The position numbers and the translations under genes are program-made. Shown here in pieces: positions 1-14,300 of a stretch of 64,000 bases of DNA. The DNA is from Macrostomum lignano (lineage: Eukaryota). The notes beneath the pieces are model-generated. The model was not told the DNA's origin. It did not search any database and worked only from the letters and a program-made list of their open reading frames with translations. The DNA lies in assembly GCA_002269645.1 (NCBI GenBank), contig NIVC01000126.1:868001-932000 (forward strand). The letters run 5' to 3'. Every line of letters begins with the position of its first letter. Position 1 is the stretch's first letter.

Positions 1-176
1 GGGTAGAGGGAGGAGAGAGGAGTAGTGAGGGGTAGAGGGAGGAGAGAGGGGTAGAGGGAGGAGAGAGGGGTAGAGGGAGGAGAGAGGGGTAGAGGGAGGA
101 GAGAGGGGTAGAGGGAGGAGAGAGGGGTAGAGGGAGGAGAGAGGGGTAGAGGGAGGAGAGAGGGGTAGAGGGCGGA
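1..176. repeat. 19-bp purine-rich minisatellite (GGGGTAGAGGGAGGAGAGA)n, truncated by window start
   Basis: About 9 tandem copies read directly. Confidence 0.9.
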
Positions 177-361
177 GATTGAAAAGAGAGAGTTGGAATC
201 CAACTAGAATTTCAGCTTAATACGTTGATCGTAAACTTCAGCCAGATCCAAGAGCCAACTATTGAATTTATAATTGGGGAATCATACTTCTTCTCACTCT
301 AATTGAACTACTCACAAGTAGCAACATCTGCAATTCTATCATTATAAATCTCTTCACCCAG

Positions 362-999
362 GCACCGAAGCCGACGCTGAGCCTTGGCCGGCCGCCTATC
401 GAAATGTCGGCGAGATGGACGACGACGTCCAACAAGTTGGCGACGATGTGGACGGTCTTCTAGCCAGGCTGGAAGCTGCCGACGCTGGCGAAATCATTCA
501 ACAGCAGCAGCAGCGACAGCGTCGAAACCAACAACAGCAGCAGGACGTCTACGAGAACGAAGATTTCGTTGCCGATTCCTACGAGAACGGCGCGGCCAGC
601 GACCAGCTGGTGGAGGAGAACGCCGCCCTGACCGCCCGCTGCCGCCAGCTGGAGGAGGAGCTTGAGAATGCCAGGATTTTGTATTCGATGCAACGCGCCC
701 TGGGCGATCCCAGCGCCCATTCGAGACAGCGAGCTGGCGCCCAACTCGATGCCAATAATCCAGACGAGGATTACGAAGATGAAGCTGGCGAGCAGCTGGA
801 GGACGGCGGCGAAGGCGAACTGCGAGCGAAATTCGAATCTACGCTTGAACTGATTGAAGAGGAGGCGCGAATGCGCGACGCGCAGGAGGCCAGACTGGCT
901 GAGATGCTGCGCGCCGCCGAGGCGAGGGCGGAGAAGGCGGAGGCTCAGCTGGCGGCGGCCAGTCGAGCGTCGGGCGGCGGCAGACGGCGTGAGACGTGA
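362..999 (+). CDS. Terminal coding exon of an unidentified acidic coiled-coil protein; upstream exons lie outside the window
   Basis: Acceptor ctcttcacccag at 350-361. The frame is open from 362 (…TEADAEPWPAAYRNVGEMDDDV…) to TGA at 997-999. GC-rich codon use like the other exons, poly-Q and heptad-like EENAALTARCRQLEEELENAR. AATAAA at 1016-1021 and 1082-1087. No family recognised. Confidence 0.6.
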
Positions 1000-2492
1000 A
1001 TTTTAAGAAAACTTTAATAAAAACAGACGAAGAAGTTGTTTATACTACTTACTGAATTGCGCGTTTTTTAAAAAAACTACAAATAAAATATTAAAAACAC
1101 TGTTTTTACTACTCCCTGGTAAATTGCTTAGCAATATTATAGGTTTAAGGCTGTAGTAGTCTATTTACTACAATATAAACCTTGACGGTTTGAAATGTTT
1201 TTCGTAAAATAAATTAAACTTGGCCTTGCCCCCAATAATGAGCTGGATAGGCGATGCCCTTGGGTTGGTAGCAATAGAGGTGTATCCTATCCGCCTAGAG
1301 TCTCCCCCTCGGATACAAGCCTTCCAGACTCACTCCAAAATAGAGCTGGGTAGTGAAAAGCCTTGAGGCTCGAGACCTTCAGGGGGCCAAGACCCTGTAG
1401 TAGGATCGCTCTTGGTAATTAGCTGCCCAGACTCGCTCCAATAGTTTAAGCCATTTCCGTAGGTTTAGGAGTAACTCCTCACTCGGACCGCTTTTTTCAG
1501 TAATATTTCAAGCATTTCGCTTTCCAATTTTTCTGCGCACTCCCGAGGACTCGCTAGCTGGGGGGTGGCCTGGGTGGACTCGGTCCTAGCACCGTCCCTG
1601 ATTCCACTGTTTGGGTTGGCGGTGTCTTGTACCATAGACTTGAGGTCCTTTGCCCTCTCCCAACTAAATTGGTTTGGGTATCTCGGGTTCACAGTTTTAT
1701 CTGTGCCCTTGGCAGTGCCCTCTGCGGCAGAGCCCCTCCCAGGGCTGATCCGCGGGTAGCCCCGTAGCTTCCCACCCCGTTTAACAACAACAAAATAAAT
1801 TAAAACGCTATTTTTACTACTTAGTAACAATTTCTGCAAGTTCGAGACTTCAAATATGCTTTTTAGACAGTAAAATTCCCATGCGAGTTCTTCGTGTTAG
1901 TAGTGCGTTGCGCATACGAACGTATATTTTCGTAGCAACTCTAATTATAGATTTTTTCCGATGTCTGTCTATGTTTGAATTTCTCTTCATTTCGAGCTAC
2001 TGTTAGACTTCAGTAGTAGATCATGTATGTTTAAACTAATTTAAGTTTTTGTTATTCACCGTGATTTGTATATAGTTGAACTATGTTTCACTTTGAATGT
2101 ATTATTAATATTTAATTTTACAATACTGCATTTTCGCACTCCTATGCTTATTGGCTGTTGGTCTGGTGGTGACTTTTGCTCCACATTTCTTCTTGTTGTC
2201 GTATTTTTGCTTCCAAAATCCATTCCGTGTCTTGTTTAGCTTACCTGTTTTTTAATAAAAATAACCTTTTTGGTGACTTTGGTCTTCCTTAAAACTCATA
2301 TTGTTTTTGTGCTCAGTACAGTACATGGTCGATCTGAAACAACTTATAACATCAGGAGTTGTTAATAAATCTGATACTCTGAGCAATTTGGTCTTGTTTA
2401 CATTGGCAACAAAATAACATTGATCTCCGTATTTGACTTGGTCTGTTGCTGCAACATTTAATCAACTTGTAGCCTAAACCGGATATGAAAGC

Positions 2493-5430
2493 GTGATCCA
2501 CTCTGCTGAATCAGAATCACCCATGACCCACTCTGCTGAATCAGAATCACCCATGATCCACTCTGCTGAATCAGAATCACCCATGATCCACTCTGCTGAA
2601 TCAGAATCACCCATGATCCACTCTGCTGAATCAGAATCACCCATGATCCACTCTGCTGAATCAGAATCACCCATGATCCACTCTGCTGAATCAGAATCAC
2701 CCATGATCCACTCTGCTGAATCAGAATCACCCATGATCCACTCTGCTGAATCAGAATCACCCATGATCCACTCTGCTGAATCAGAATCACCCATGATCCA
2801 CTCTGCTGAATCAGAATCACCCATGATCCACTCTACTGAATCAGAATCACCCATGATCCACTCTGCTGAATCAGAATCACCCATGATCCACTCTGCTGAA
2901 TCAGAATCACCCATGATCCACTCTACTGAATCAGAATCACCCATGATCCACTCTGCTGAATCAGAATCACCCATGATCCACTCTGCTGAATCAGAATCAC
3001 CCATGATCCACTCTGCTGAATCAGAATCACCCATGACCCACTCTGCTGAATCAGAATCACCCATGATCCACTCTGCTGAATCAGAATCACCCATGATCCA
3101 CTCTGCTGAATCAGAATCACCCATGATCCACTCTGCTGAATCAGAATCACCCATGATCCACTCTGCTGAATCAGAATCACCCATGATCCACTCTACTGAA
3201 TCAGAATCACCCATGATCCACTCTGCTGAATCAGAATCACCCATGATCCACTCTGCTGAATCAGAATCACCCATGATCCACTCTGCTGAATCAGAATCAC
3301 CCATGATCCACTCTGCTGAATCAGAATCACCCATGATCCACTCTGCTGAATTAGAATCACCCATGATCCACTCTGCTGAATCAGAATCACCCATGATCCA
3401 CTCTGCTGAATCAGAATCACCCATGATCCACTCTGCTGAATCAGAATCACCCATGATCCACTCTGCTGAATCAGAATCACCCATGATCCACTCTACTGAA
3501 TCAGAATCACCCATGATCCACTCTGCTGAATCAGAATCACCCATGATCCACTCTGCTGAATCAGAATCACCCATGATCCACTCTGCTGAATCAGAATCAC
3601 CCATGATCCACTCTGCTGAATCAGAATCACCCATGATCCACTCTACTGAATCAGAATCACCCATGATCCACTCTGCTGAATCAGAATCACCCATGATCCA
3701 CTCTGCTGAATCAGAATCACCCATGATCCACTCTGCTGAATCAGAATCACCCATGATCCACTCTGCTGAATCAGAATCACCCATGATCCACTCTGCTGAA
3801 TTAGAATCACCCATGATCCACTCTGCTGAATCAGAATCACCCATGATCCACTCTGCTGAATCAGAATCACCCATGATCCACTCTGCTGAATCAGAATCAC
3901 CCATGATCCACTCTGCTGAATCAGAATCACCCATGACCCACTCTGCTGAATCAGAATCACCCATGATCCACTCTGCTGAATCAGAATCACCCATGATCCA
4001 CTCTGCTGAATCAGAATCACCCATGATCCACTCTGCTGAATCAGAATCACCCATGATCCACTCTGCTGAATCAGAATCACCCATGACCCACTCTGCTGAA
4101 TCAGAATCACCCATGATCCACTCTGCTGAATCAGAATCACCCATGATCCACTCTGCTGAATCAGAATCACCCATGATCCACTCTGCTGAATCAGAATCAC
4201 CCATGATCCACTCTGCTGAATCAGAATCACCCATGATCCACTCTGCTGAATCAGAATCACCCATGATCCACTCTGCTGAATCAGAATCACCCATGATCCA
4301 CTCTACTGAATCAGAATCACCCATGATCCACTCTGCTGAATCAGAATCACCCATGATCCACTCTGCTGAATCAGAATCACCCATGATCCACTCTGCTGAA
4401 TCAGAATCACCCATGATCCACTCTGCTGAATCAGAATCACCCATGATCCACTCTACTGAATCAGAATCACCCATGATCCACTCTGCTGAATCAGAATCAC
4501 CCATGATCCACTCTACTGAATCAGAATCACCCATGATCCACTCTACTGAATCAGAATCACCCATGATCCACTCTACTGAATCAGAATCACCCATGATCCA
4601 CTCTACTGAATCAGAATCACCCATGATCCACTCTGCTGAATCAGAATCACCCATGATCCACTCTACTGAATCAGAATCACCCATGATCCACTCTACTGAA
4701 TCAGAATCACCCATGATCCACTCTGCTGAATCAGAATCACCCATGATCCACTCTGCTGAATCAGAATCACTCATAATCTACTCTACCTACCAACTGAGAA
4801 TCGCCCATAATCTACTATACCTACCAACTGAGAATCGCCCATAATCTACTATACCTACCAACTGAGAATCGCCCATAATCTACTATACCTACCAACTGAG
4901 AATCGCCCATAATCTACTATACCTACCAACTGAGAATCGCCCATAATCTACTATACCTACCAACTGAGAATCGCCCATAATTCATTCTGCTGACTGAGAA
5001 TCGCCCATGATCCAGTCTGCTGACTGAGAATCGCCCATGATCCAGTCTGCTGAATGAGAATCGCCCATGATCCAGTCTGCTGACTGAGAATCGCCCATAA
5101 TCCACTCTGCCAACCGAGAATCGCCCATGATCTACTCTGCTGACTGAGAATCGCCCATGATCTACTCTGCTGACTGAGAATCGCCCATGATCCACTCTGC
5201 TGACTGAGAATCGCCCATAATCCACTCTACTGGGTGAGAATCGCCCATAACCCCCTCTGCTGACTGAGAATCGCTAATACTCCACTCTACTGGGTGAGAA
5301 TCGCCCATACCCCCCTCTGCTGACTGAGAATCGCTAATAATCCACTCTACTGGGTGAGAATCGCCCATAATCCCCTCTGCTGAATCAGAATCGCCCATAA
5401 TCCATGCTCACTTTACTGACTGAGAATCGC
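2493..5430. repeat. 30-bp minisatellite (CCATGATCCACTCTGCTGAATCAGAATCAC)n with 34-bp and degenerate 30-bp variants at the right end
   Basis: About 76 near-identical units from 2493 to 4770, then 34-bp CCATAATCTACTATACCTACCAACTGAGAATCGC units, then variant 30-mers to about 5430. Confidence 0.95.
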
Positions 5431-7608
5431 CTGTAGTCTACTGGACTCGACTCAGCACAAGAATTCGGCTTTAATTTAGAAAATCGGCTCATTATTGCGA
5501 GTAACCCCCCCCCCTGCTCTCGGCCACGCAGAAGAGCTCAATATTGTTATACAGCGTACACTGCACGCACTTTCAAAAATTCATTCTTACAGCTGTGAGA
5601 GCGCATTCCAATTGTGAACCAAAAATTCCCCGCATCGATCCTTATCCCCTCATATGCTTCGCCATTGCTCTGGGCAAACAATCTTGGCTGCTCCCAGGGC
5701 ACTGGGAGCACACAATCGTCAGCTCTACCTTTCTCTCCTTTGCACACTGCAGCCCACCCCCTGCTACGACTCTACATGCACTGTTGGAAACCTCGGCTGC
5801 AGCCATTGTCCCACGATTCTATATATATATATAGAATTCTGCAGTGTATACTAACATTAATAAGCTAGATTGGGGACAAGTGCTACAATCCCCAGACTCG
5901 ACCTTACCTCCCTAGCCGCTGCCAAGCAGCAAAGGGGGGGGGGGTTGCTGGGTAGGGAAGAGTTGGCGGCAGCATTGGGGAATTCAGATTATTTGGTCGA
6001 TCGATAACACTTTGATTTTTGTCTCCCCTGTCTGTTAGTGCCGTGCTGTGGCTCGACTGCTCTGGTATGCACCGACTGACGGCTGACAATAAAGATTTAT
6101 ATTTGAACAAAAAGTTTAATTCACTTTAGTTCTGTAATATATATGAATATATACTTTTTATTTATTTATATAATCCGACAATTCAATATTCATAGTCATT
6201 AGTATATGCATAATATTAATATAATGGTAAATAGTATATAATAATAATACACATGCTTTGCTTCAATTTTGATTCCAAACATTGCTTTCTAACGGTGCTG
6301 TTTCAGCAGTTCAGGGATGCAGAAGACTGCGAGTAGCTGATAATAAATATATGTTAATATAGATTGGCCCGCGTCTTGCTCAATAAGCATACCAGTTTTA
6401 TTATAACAAACACGCATTTCCTAAGCAGACGCGCAAATTGCCAGACAGAAAGAAGAAACACAGGGAGAGCCAGAGACAGATAGCAGAATTCAAGAAAAAG
6501 CAACTCGACTCTCCCGCTAGAAGCACAATAAGCTAGCAATGCAACGGTCAATGGAGTTAACAAAGCAAAAAACCTCAAAAAGAAAACTGACTCTGACCAG
6601 AAAAAGCAAATACGAATGCGAGTAGAACAAACAAAGAGTGAAACAGTGTGGGATTTGAGATTTCTATTTAACACCTGCAAGATGTGTGCTTTTTCCGGGT
6701 TGAACTTTGTTACTGATTTGCCTGCCGACATGTATCGAAAATAAGTTCTGATTATCCAGCCACACTACCGATATGGTACCCCCAGAGCCCTGCTGCAAAT
6801 ATCGAATCTTTAGCTACCAATTAGAAAGCAGAAATATTCAAGTTGGAGTAAACAGTGAAATCTTGCGCAGTTGCCTGTGACAAAATGGGGATGGCGTGGA
6901 ACTAAAAGCAGCAGTCAGTCACGCAGACCTGACAAGCAGCACACAATAGAAAGGAAGCATTGAAAATTGCAGCAATTGCAACCGAAACGAGGCTGTCTAA
7001 ATAAACCGAAGTTCCTATATAAAAGCAACGCCACCGTTAACGATTTAGCCCTCCAGGGAAGGGCTTCGACTGAAAACTACCGATATGTATAGAAAAAAAC
7101 TTCTGTTGCTAACACACTTCCCTGGTGTTCTACGGCGAAGCAGAAATAAAACTTAAAAACTGATTGAATATCATAAGGGAAGCTGTGTGGGTCTAATACA
7201 TCTAATACCTTGCACTCCATAAGACAAATCAATACATTTCAAATGTAATTAAAAAGCACATTAAAACGACAATACACGAACAATGGATGATCTCCGCATC
7301 CAAAAAAGCAGAGATCATAATCATAAAAAAGTTATTGAAAGGCCAGTGTACAAATTATAAAGCAGGAAATGGCTTAAAATTATGAATAATATAATATTCA
7401 TATTTAATAATATCAGTATACACCTGGATAGGGGTGGATGGAACTCAACCAAGCACAAGGACATAGCAAACAGAATAAAAATAAATATGATTACTTAAAT
7501 CAAGAGTTGTAAATCTGCTGCTGTTCAACCAGAAACTAAAAAAACTTGTGGGAGGGAGTTTATTTATACTCGGCTAAGCAGGTGCGAATTGGCGCCTGTC
7601 ACATGCGC

Positions 7609-8189
7609 CACATCTTGAGACAGTTGCACTTTTAATGCCTCATCTAGAGACATTTGCACTTTTAGTGCCTTATCTAGAGACATTTGCACTTTTAGTGCCT
7701 TATCTAGAGACATTTGCACTTTTAGTGCCTCATCTAGAGACATTTGCACTTTTAGTGCCTCATCTAGAGGCAGTTGCACTTTTATGCCTCATCTAGAGAC
7801 ATTTGCACTTTTAGTGCCTCATCTAGAGACATTTGCACTTTTATTGCCTTATCTAGAGACATTTGCACTTTTGGTGCCTCATCTAGAGACATTTGCACTT
7901 TTAGTGCCTCATCTAGAGGCAGTTGCACTTTTAGTGCCTCATCTAGAGACAGTTGCACTTTTAGTGCCACATCTAGAGACAGCTACACTTTAGTGCCACA
8001 TCTAGAGAAACTTGCACTTTTAGTGCCACATCTAGAGACAGTTGCACTTTTAGTGCCACATCTAGAGGCATTTGCACTTTTAGTGCCACATCTAGAGGCA
8101 TTTGCACTTTTAGTGCCACATCTAGAGACAGCTACACTTTAGTGCCTCATCTAGAGACAGTTGCACTTTTAGTGCCACATCTAGAGACA
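7609..8189. repeat. 30-bp minisatellite (CATCTAGAGACATTTGCACTTTTAGTGCCT)n just downstream of the DLIC stop codon
   Basis: About 19 units. Each contains TCTAGA and the inverted repeat GCACT-TTT-AGTGC. Confidence 0.95.
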
Positions 8190-8351
8190 CTTTGATAGCG
8201 TAGGCAAACAGTTGACTTCAACATTCAACAAAAGTTACAAATCTGACATCAGAATATCTTAGTTTAGAAATTCAGAATCTTCCAACCCAGACGCTTGAAA
8301 CAAATCGTCAATTATAAATTATGAGTAAATTCACCAACTTTATAAATTCTA

Positions 8352-11300
8352 TTACGACTGTTGAGTCGCGGAAGGCGGCGCCGCCGCGGCAGGCGCCTGT
8401 TTATTAGCCGTCTCAGCGCCGCTGGGGCCGCCGCCGCCGGGACCTCCTTGGCCGCCCGGCCCTTTCTTAGTCAGTAGCGAATTGAAAAACGTGGCCAAAA
8501 CGCCGTCATTTGCGCCCATAGCGGCCGCGGCAGCCGAGGCGCCGCCCGGCCCGCCCCCAGCGCCGGGAACTCCGGCGCCGCCGCGCTGTCCGCCGCCGCC
8601 AGCGCCGGCGCCACCACCGGCTGGCGCCGCTTTAAACAGACAGGCCTGCAATCGGCACAGAAACACCTGCTCATCCTCGGCCAGCTGCTCAGCTTCATCA
8701 GCGGAAGCGCCGCCGCCAACGCCGCCGCCTCGACGTTGGCCGGAAGTGGCAGCAGCGGCGCCAGCCAAATTAGCGGCGGCACCGGAGCCGCTTGGCTTCG
8801 GCAGCACCTCGTGATAAGGCGACTGGGCCAGAGCGGCGGCCGGACCGCCTGCGAGCAGCAGGGCGGCTTTGGCCGGGCTGTCCCAGCCGGCCGGGACGAA
8901 CACGCAGTCCCGCTCCAGCACGTAGGCGGGCTGCTGGCAGGGCAGGCCGTAGACGCGGTGCAGCAGGTACTGCCGAAGCAGGGAGCAGTTGCGGTCCTCT
9001 CGAGCCGATGTGTAGACCAGGGCGGCTCCGTCTGGTGTGGATTTTGTCATTTTTACTGGTTTGATCAATGGGGTACTGGTCGTTTTGGGGATCTATAGGA
9101 TCACTGGTCGCTATTTTGGGATCTCAGGAGATTGTGATCGATATTTTGGGATCTTAGGGGATCATGATCGATATTTTGGGATCATTCTCGATACTTTGGA
9201 ATCATGGTCAATATTTTGGAATCATGATCGATATTTTGGGATCATGATCAATATTTTGGGATCATGATCAACATTTTGGGATTATGATCAATATTTTTTT
9301 GGGATCATGATCAATATTTTTTGGGATCATGATCAATACTTTTTTGGAATCATGATCAATATTTTGGAATCATGATCAATACTTTGGGATCATGATCAAT
9401 ATTTTAGGATCATGATCAATATTTTGGGATCATGATTAATATTATGGGATCATGATCAATATTTTGGGATCATGATTAATATTTTGGGATCATGATTAAT
9501 ATTTTGGGATCATGATCAATATTATGGGATCATGATTAATATTTTTTGGGATCATGATCAATATTCATCAATATTTTGGGATCATAGTCGATATTTTGGG
9601 ATCATGATGAATTTTTTAGGGGATGAATCTTAGGGGACCAGAGATCGGTACTTTGGGATCTTAGGGGATCGTGATCGATTTTTGGGATCAAAATAGATAT
9701 TTTAGGGGATGAGAGATCGATTTTAGGCATTATTAGAAATCATGATAACCTAATAACAGACAATCAAAGCCAAATAAACTCACACTTCAAGCAGAACATT
9801 CGCAGGTGGTACTGCAAATAATCAAATTGTTCTTCTTTATAGTCGAAATCGCGTTCCAGACTGCCAGCCATGAGGTCGGCCTTAGTGATCACCACCACCA
9901 ACGGCACGCCGGAGTTGCAGGTGAACACGCCGTCTGGCAGCGGCAGGGCCACCTTGTCGGGGTCTGCTGGAGGGTGCAGCGGGTTGGCAGCCGCGGCGCC
10001 GGGACGCCGGAGGTGACCGGCATCGACAACCAGCGGCTGGGGCGGAGTCGGAGCCGCTACCGGCGACGTCGCGTTACCGGCACCGTCGACGCCTTCAACT
10101 TCTGGCTCGGCGTAGTCGACGAATTGACGGACGAGAGATTCGCGAGCCTCTTTGACCTCGTCTGGGTCCAGGCCGAGCCGATCCACGTGTCTGCGGGGAA
10201 GGAAAGGGAACCCGGGCGGTTGTATGGCCTTTCTTGGGGCGGTTGTGTGGCCTTTCTTGGGGCGGTTGTGTGGCCTTTCTTGGGGCGGTTGTGTGGCCTT
10301 TCTTGGGGCGGTTGTGTGGCCTTTCTTGGGGCGGTTGTGTGGCCTTTCTTGGGGCGGTTGTGTGGCCTTTCTTGGGGCGGTTGTGTGGCCTTTCTTGGGG
10401 CGGTTGTATGGCCTTTCTTGGGGCGGTTGTTGGGGTGTGGGATCGCCGATTCTTCGGGTGTGGGATGGGCGATTGTTAGGGTGTGGGATGGGCGATTGTT
10501 GGGATGTGGGATGGGCGATTCTTGGGGTGTGGGATGAGCGATTCTTGGGGTGTGGGATGGGCGATTGTTGGGGTGTGGGATGGGCGATTGTTGGGGTATG
10601 GGACGGGCGATTACTGGGGTATGGGACGGGCGATCACTGGGGTATGGGACGGGCGATCACTGGGGTGTGGGACAGGCGATTGTTGGGGTGTGGGATTGCC
10701 GATTGTTGGGGTATGGGACGGGCGATTACTGGGGTATGGGACGGGCGATCACTGGGGTATGGGACGGGCGATCACTGGGGTATGGGACGGGCGATCACTG
10801 GGGTGTGGGATGGGCGATTGTTGGGGTGTGGGATTGCCGATTGTTGGGGTATGGGACGGGCGATTACTGGGGTATGGGACGGGCGATCACTGGGGTATGG
10901 GACGGGCGATCACTGGGGTGTGGGATGGGCGATTGTTGGGGTGTGGGATGGGCGATTGTTGGGGTGTGGGGTGAGCGATTCTTGGGGTGTGGGACGGGCG
11001 ATCACTGGGGTGTGGGATGGGCGATTCTTGGGGTGTGGGATGAGCGATTCTTGGGGTATGGGACGGGCGATTACTGGGGTATGGGACGGGCGATTACTGG
11101 GGTATGGGACGGGCGATTACTGGGGTATGGGACGGGCGATCACTGGGGTATGGGACGGGCGATCACTGGGGTATGGGACGGGCGATCACTGGGGTGTGGG
11201 ATGGGCGATTGTTGGGGTGTGGGATTGCCGATTGTTGGGGTATGGGACGGGCGATTACTGGGGTATGGGACGGGCGATCACTGGGGTATGGGACGGGCGA

Positions 11301-14300
11301 TCACTGGGGTGTGGGATGGGCGATTGTTGGGGTGTGGGATGGGCGATTGTTGGGGTGTGGGGTGAGCGATTCTTGGGGTGTGGGACGGGCGATCACTGGG
11401 GTGTGGGATGGGCGATTCTTGGGGTGTGGGATGAGCGATTCTTGGGGTATGGGACGGGCGATTACTGGGGTATGGGACGGGCGATTACTGGGGTATGGGA
11501 CGGGCGATTACTGGGGTATGGGACGGGCGATCACTGGGGTATGGGACGGGCGATCACTGGGGTGTGGGACGGGCGATCACTGGGGTATGGAACGGGCGAT
11601 CACTGGGGTGTGGGACGGGCGATAACTGGGTGTGGTAAGAGCTACTATCAACACAGCCAAAGCTAACCTATTAAGTATATCGGCCCACTGTTGCAGCGAG
11701 TCCAGCAGAGCCCAAGGCGCCTCAGCGCTGCCAACCAGCACAGCCAGAGTGTGCTGGTAAGCGGCCTTGGGCAGGGCAAAGCGCAACAAATTCTGATGTC
11801 GCGGATCGCCGTCCAGGACCCACACGCCAAGCCGGGTGTCGCCTTCAATAGAGACGCCGCCGACACCGCCGACGCTCCCGGCACCAGAGGTGTCCGCGGC
11901 CGACACCTCCAAGCAGTGGTACTCGAGCCCATGACCTCGCCTGGGATTATCGTCCCCTCCGCGTAGCCGGCTGACCAATGCAGTCTTGCCGCTGCCAATG
12001 TCGCCAAGCATGAGCAGGCTGCATCGCTGGCCAGACTGTTTCAGCTGGGCGTTGGTTTGAACCTCTTCGAGAATTTTCGACCTGTGCCATTGCGGAGAGT
12101 GCGGTGCTTATAGAATTTTGTTTAAACTGAAACTTAAACTAATTTTTGATAGTCTGATGGATATAGTTTTGAAACTTCTAAAATTATCAATTAACTGTCA
12201 AATTTGATGAATTGTTGAAATTTTTAAACAACTAATTCAGTTATATTTATGAATGTGGAAATGTAAGCATTATATATTTCATACCTTAAGAGACTTTTCT
12301 TTAAGAGTGGACAGACTGATTTTAATATATTTAGCCTTATTAAGGTAAGCAAAGGCCCTAAATGCACTGATAGAGCTAACTTGAATAGTAATATTATATA
12401 TATATATATATATAGTTTATACTATAGAAATTTTTCTGTTTTAGACTTTTGTTTGAGATATGCTTTATTTTAAAGTTGCAAATTTTTGCACCTAACTGAG
12501 AATCTTGGCATACATATGGTGTATAGAATTTTTGGGTCCAACATTGATGTACCCAGTTAGCATACAAAAAGGCCAAGTTTAGGTCTGGTATATATGTAAT
12601 GTAATTAAATTTTGATCAAAGAAGACTTTAAAAAAAACTAATTTAAAAAATACTATGAAAATAGAAAGTAAAACAAATAATAAAAATTCTAGCTATATAG
12701 AAAAAAAACTTCAGGGACTCCAGTGAGATTTTGAAAGCCAGGCCTATTTTATTTAGTACTTATATATTTTTTTCAAATGATAAATCTCATTTGCCTAATT
12801 AAAAAGACACCATTGTTGAAGATTGGTCAAGTAATTGATAAGTTACAAACATTTTATATCATTTTATATCATAAATTTTCAATACTTTTGTAATTTCTTT
12901 TGCCTAACATTTTGATACAACTTTTTATTTAACCAAATTTCTATGCCAAAAAATGTCATTTTTAGCTTTTTGTCCTTGTCTATTGATAAAAACAAATATA
13001 ATGTAGCCAAAATAACCAAAATCTTTCTAACAATGTCAAAAAGTCCATCTTAGCTAGGCCTAAAATGCATCAGGAGACTATAGAAAAACATTTTCTAGAC
13101 ATATTTTTTCTTTCTTTCTTTTAAATGCTTGCTTTTTTATGCAATTGGATTATAAAGTTATGCATTTGCAAAAAAAAAATTTTCTTTATGTATGGATATA
13201 ATAATTGGTAAGTCACAGGACCCTTACTAAAGTCCCTTAGGTAAAGCATAACTCTACTTTATAGAAACAGGCCCTAGTTTGTCACCCCACTCACAAATCT
13301 TACATCTATAGTAGACAATGGACATGAAAAAAATGGTTGGGATAAAGTAGAGGTTGGACAAGATCTCAATCTTGATTGAATCTTGATTTTAAAAAGTGCC
13401 AAGGATCTGAGATATAAAATAAAGTAAAATAAGAAGCCATAGGTTGAAAACAATCTTCTGAATATAGCATAGATTATCTAGAGTCTAGACATCAATATAA
13501 ACACATTGAATTCAAAATGTATCAAATTAGTGTTAAAAATCAACTCATTATAGTGTTACCCATATTAAGGGATATAGCCAAGTGTTCAGAAAAATGATAC
13601 ACCCAAAAAATTTCCATGTTTTTTGGAATTAATGGTTGTGATTTTAAAAAAGTGCACAAAGTTTACTTTTGTTTTTAAAATATATAAAAAGTTATACAAA
13701 GAGAACTGCTATTTTCATTTTTAGCTTCAGTTTTTTTTAACTAAATATCTCAATATTGGTTGATGGTCATTTCGTCTGCCGCCTTTTCGTCTGCCGCCTT
13801 TTTGTCTGCCAATATACGATATAGTCATTTCATCTGCCAATATATATAATATATAAATCGGAATAACTAATTATGTCATCAAGCTTCACATGGAAGTGTA
13901 ATGTAAACGTCTTATTAATTATAATTTATTATAATGCTAGGATTTTTCTGAAAGTTCCAGAGCTAATATGTTGCATATAAATACACAAAGCCAGAAGCAA
14001 ATATCTCCAACCGTTTAGTTTCTTTCCAACTTTCTTTTTTTCGTGTATTTAAACTCATATGCAATTTATTCACGAATACAAGTAGCTTAAATGCACAAAG
14101 TGTAAACTGTAAGGAGCAATCGAAATTGTAGGCACAGAAAATGTAAACTCATATGCAATTATGAATAATCAATAATTGAAAATTATTGATAACACCACTT
14201 TCTCAGAAAATAACTTCGCATTGATGCGTCGAAAGTATTATATAGGTTAGTTAGGTTTCATAGAAAAGGAAGAAAAACAAAATGTATCAATATAAATAAG

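Noticed and set aside
1240-1839. GC-richer island with short ORFs (124 aa on the minus strand)
   Set aside because: No recognisable domain, splice-consistent frame, TIR/LTR or TSD. It may be a decayed transposon fragment, but I cannot support that.
2474-4844. 766-aa and 783-aa repetitive ORFs on opposite strands (MIHSAESESP / MGDSDSAEWI repeats)
   Set aside because: They arise because a 30-bp unit lacks stops in those frames. There are no unique flanking domains or splice context; treated as non-coding minisatellite.
5559-5846. Possible CACTG-type MITE flanked by TA (CACTGCA…TGCAGTG)
   Set aside because: Only a 7-bp inverted match with no second copy in the window; could be chance.
6725-7105. 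Imperfect direct repeats CCGA(C/T)ATGTAT(C/A)GAAAA, also similar to the 28790-29170 repeat core
   Set aside because: Too short and AT-rich to claim an LTR or a shared origin without a genome search.
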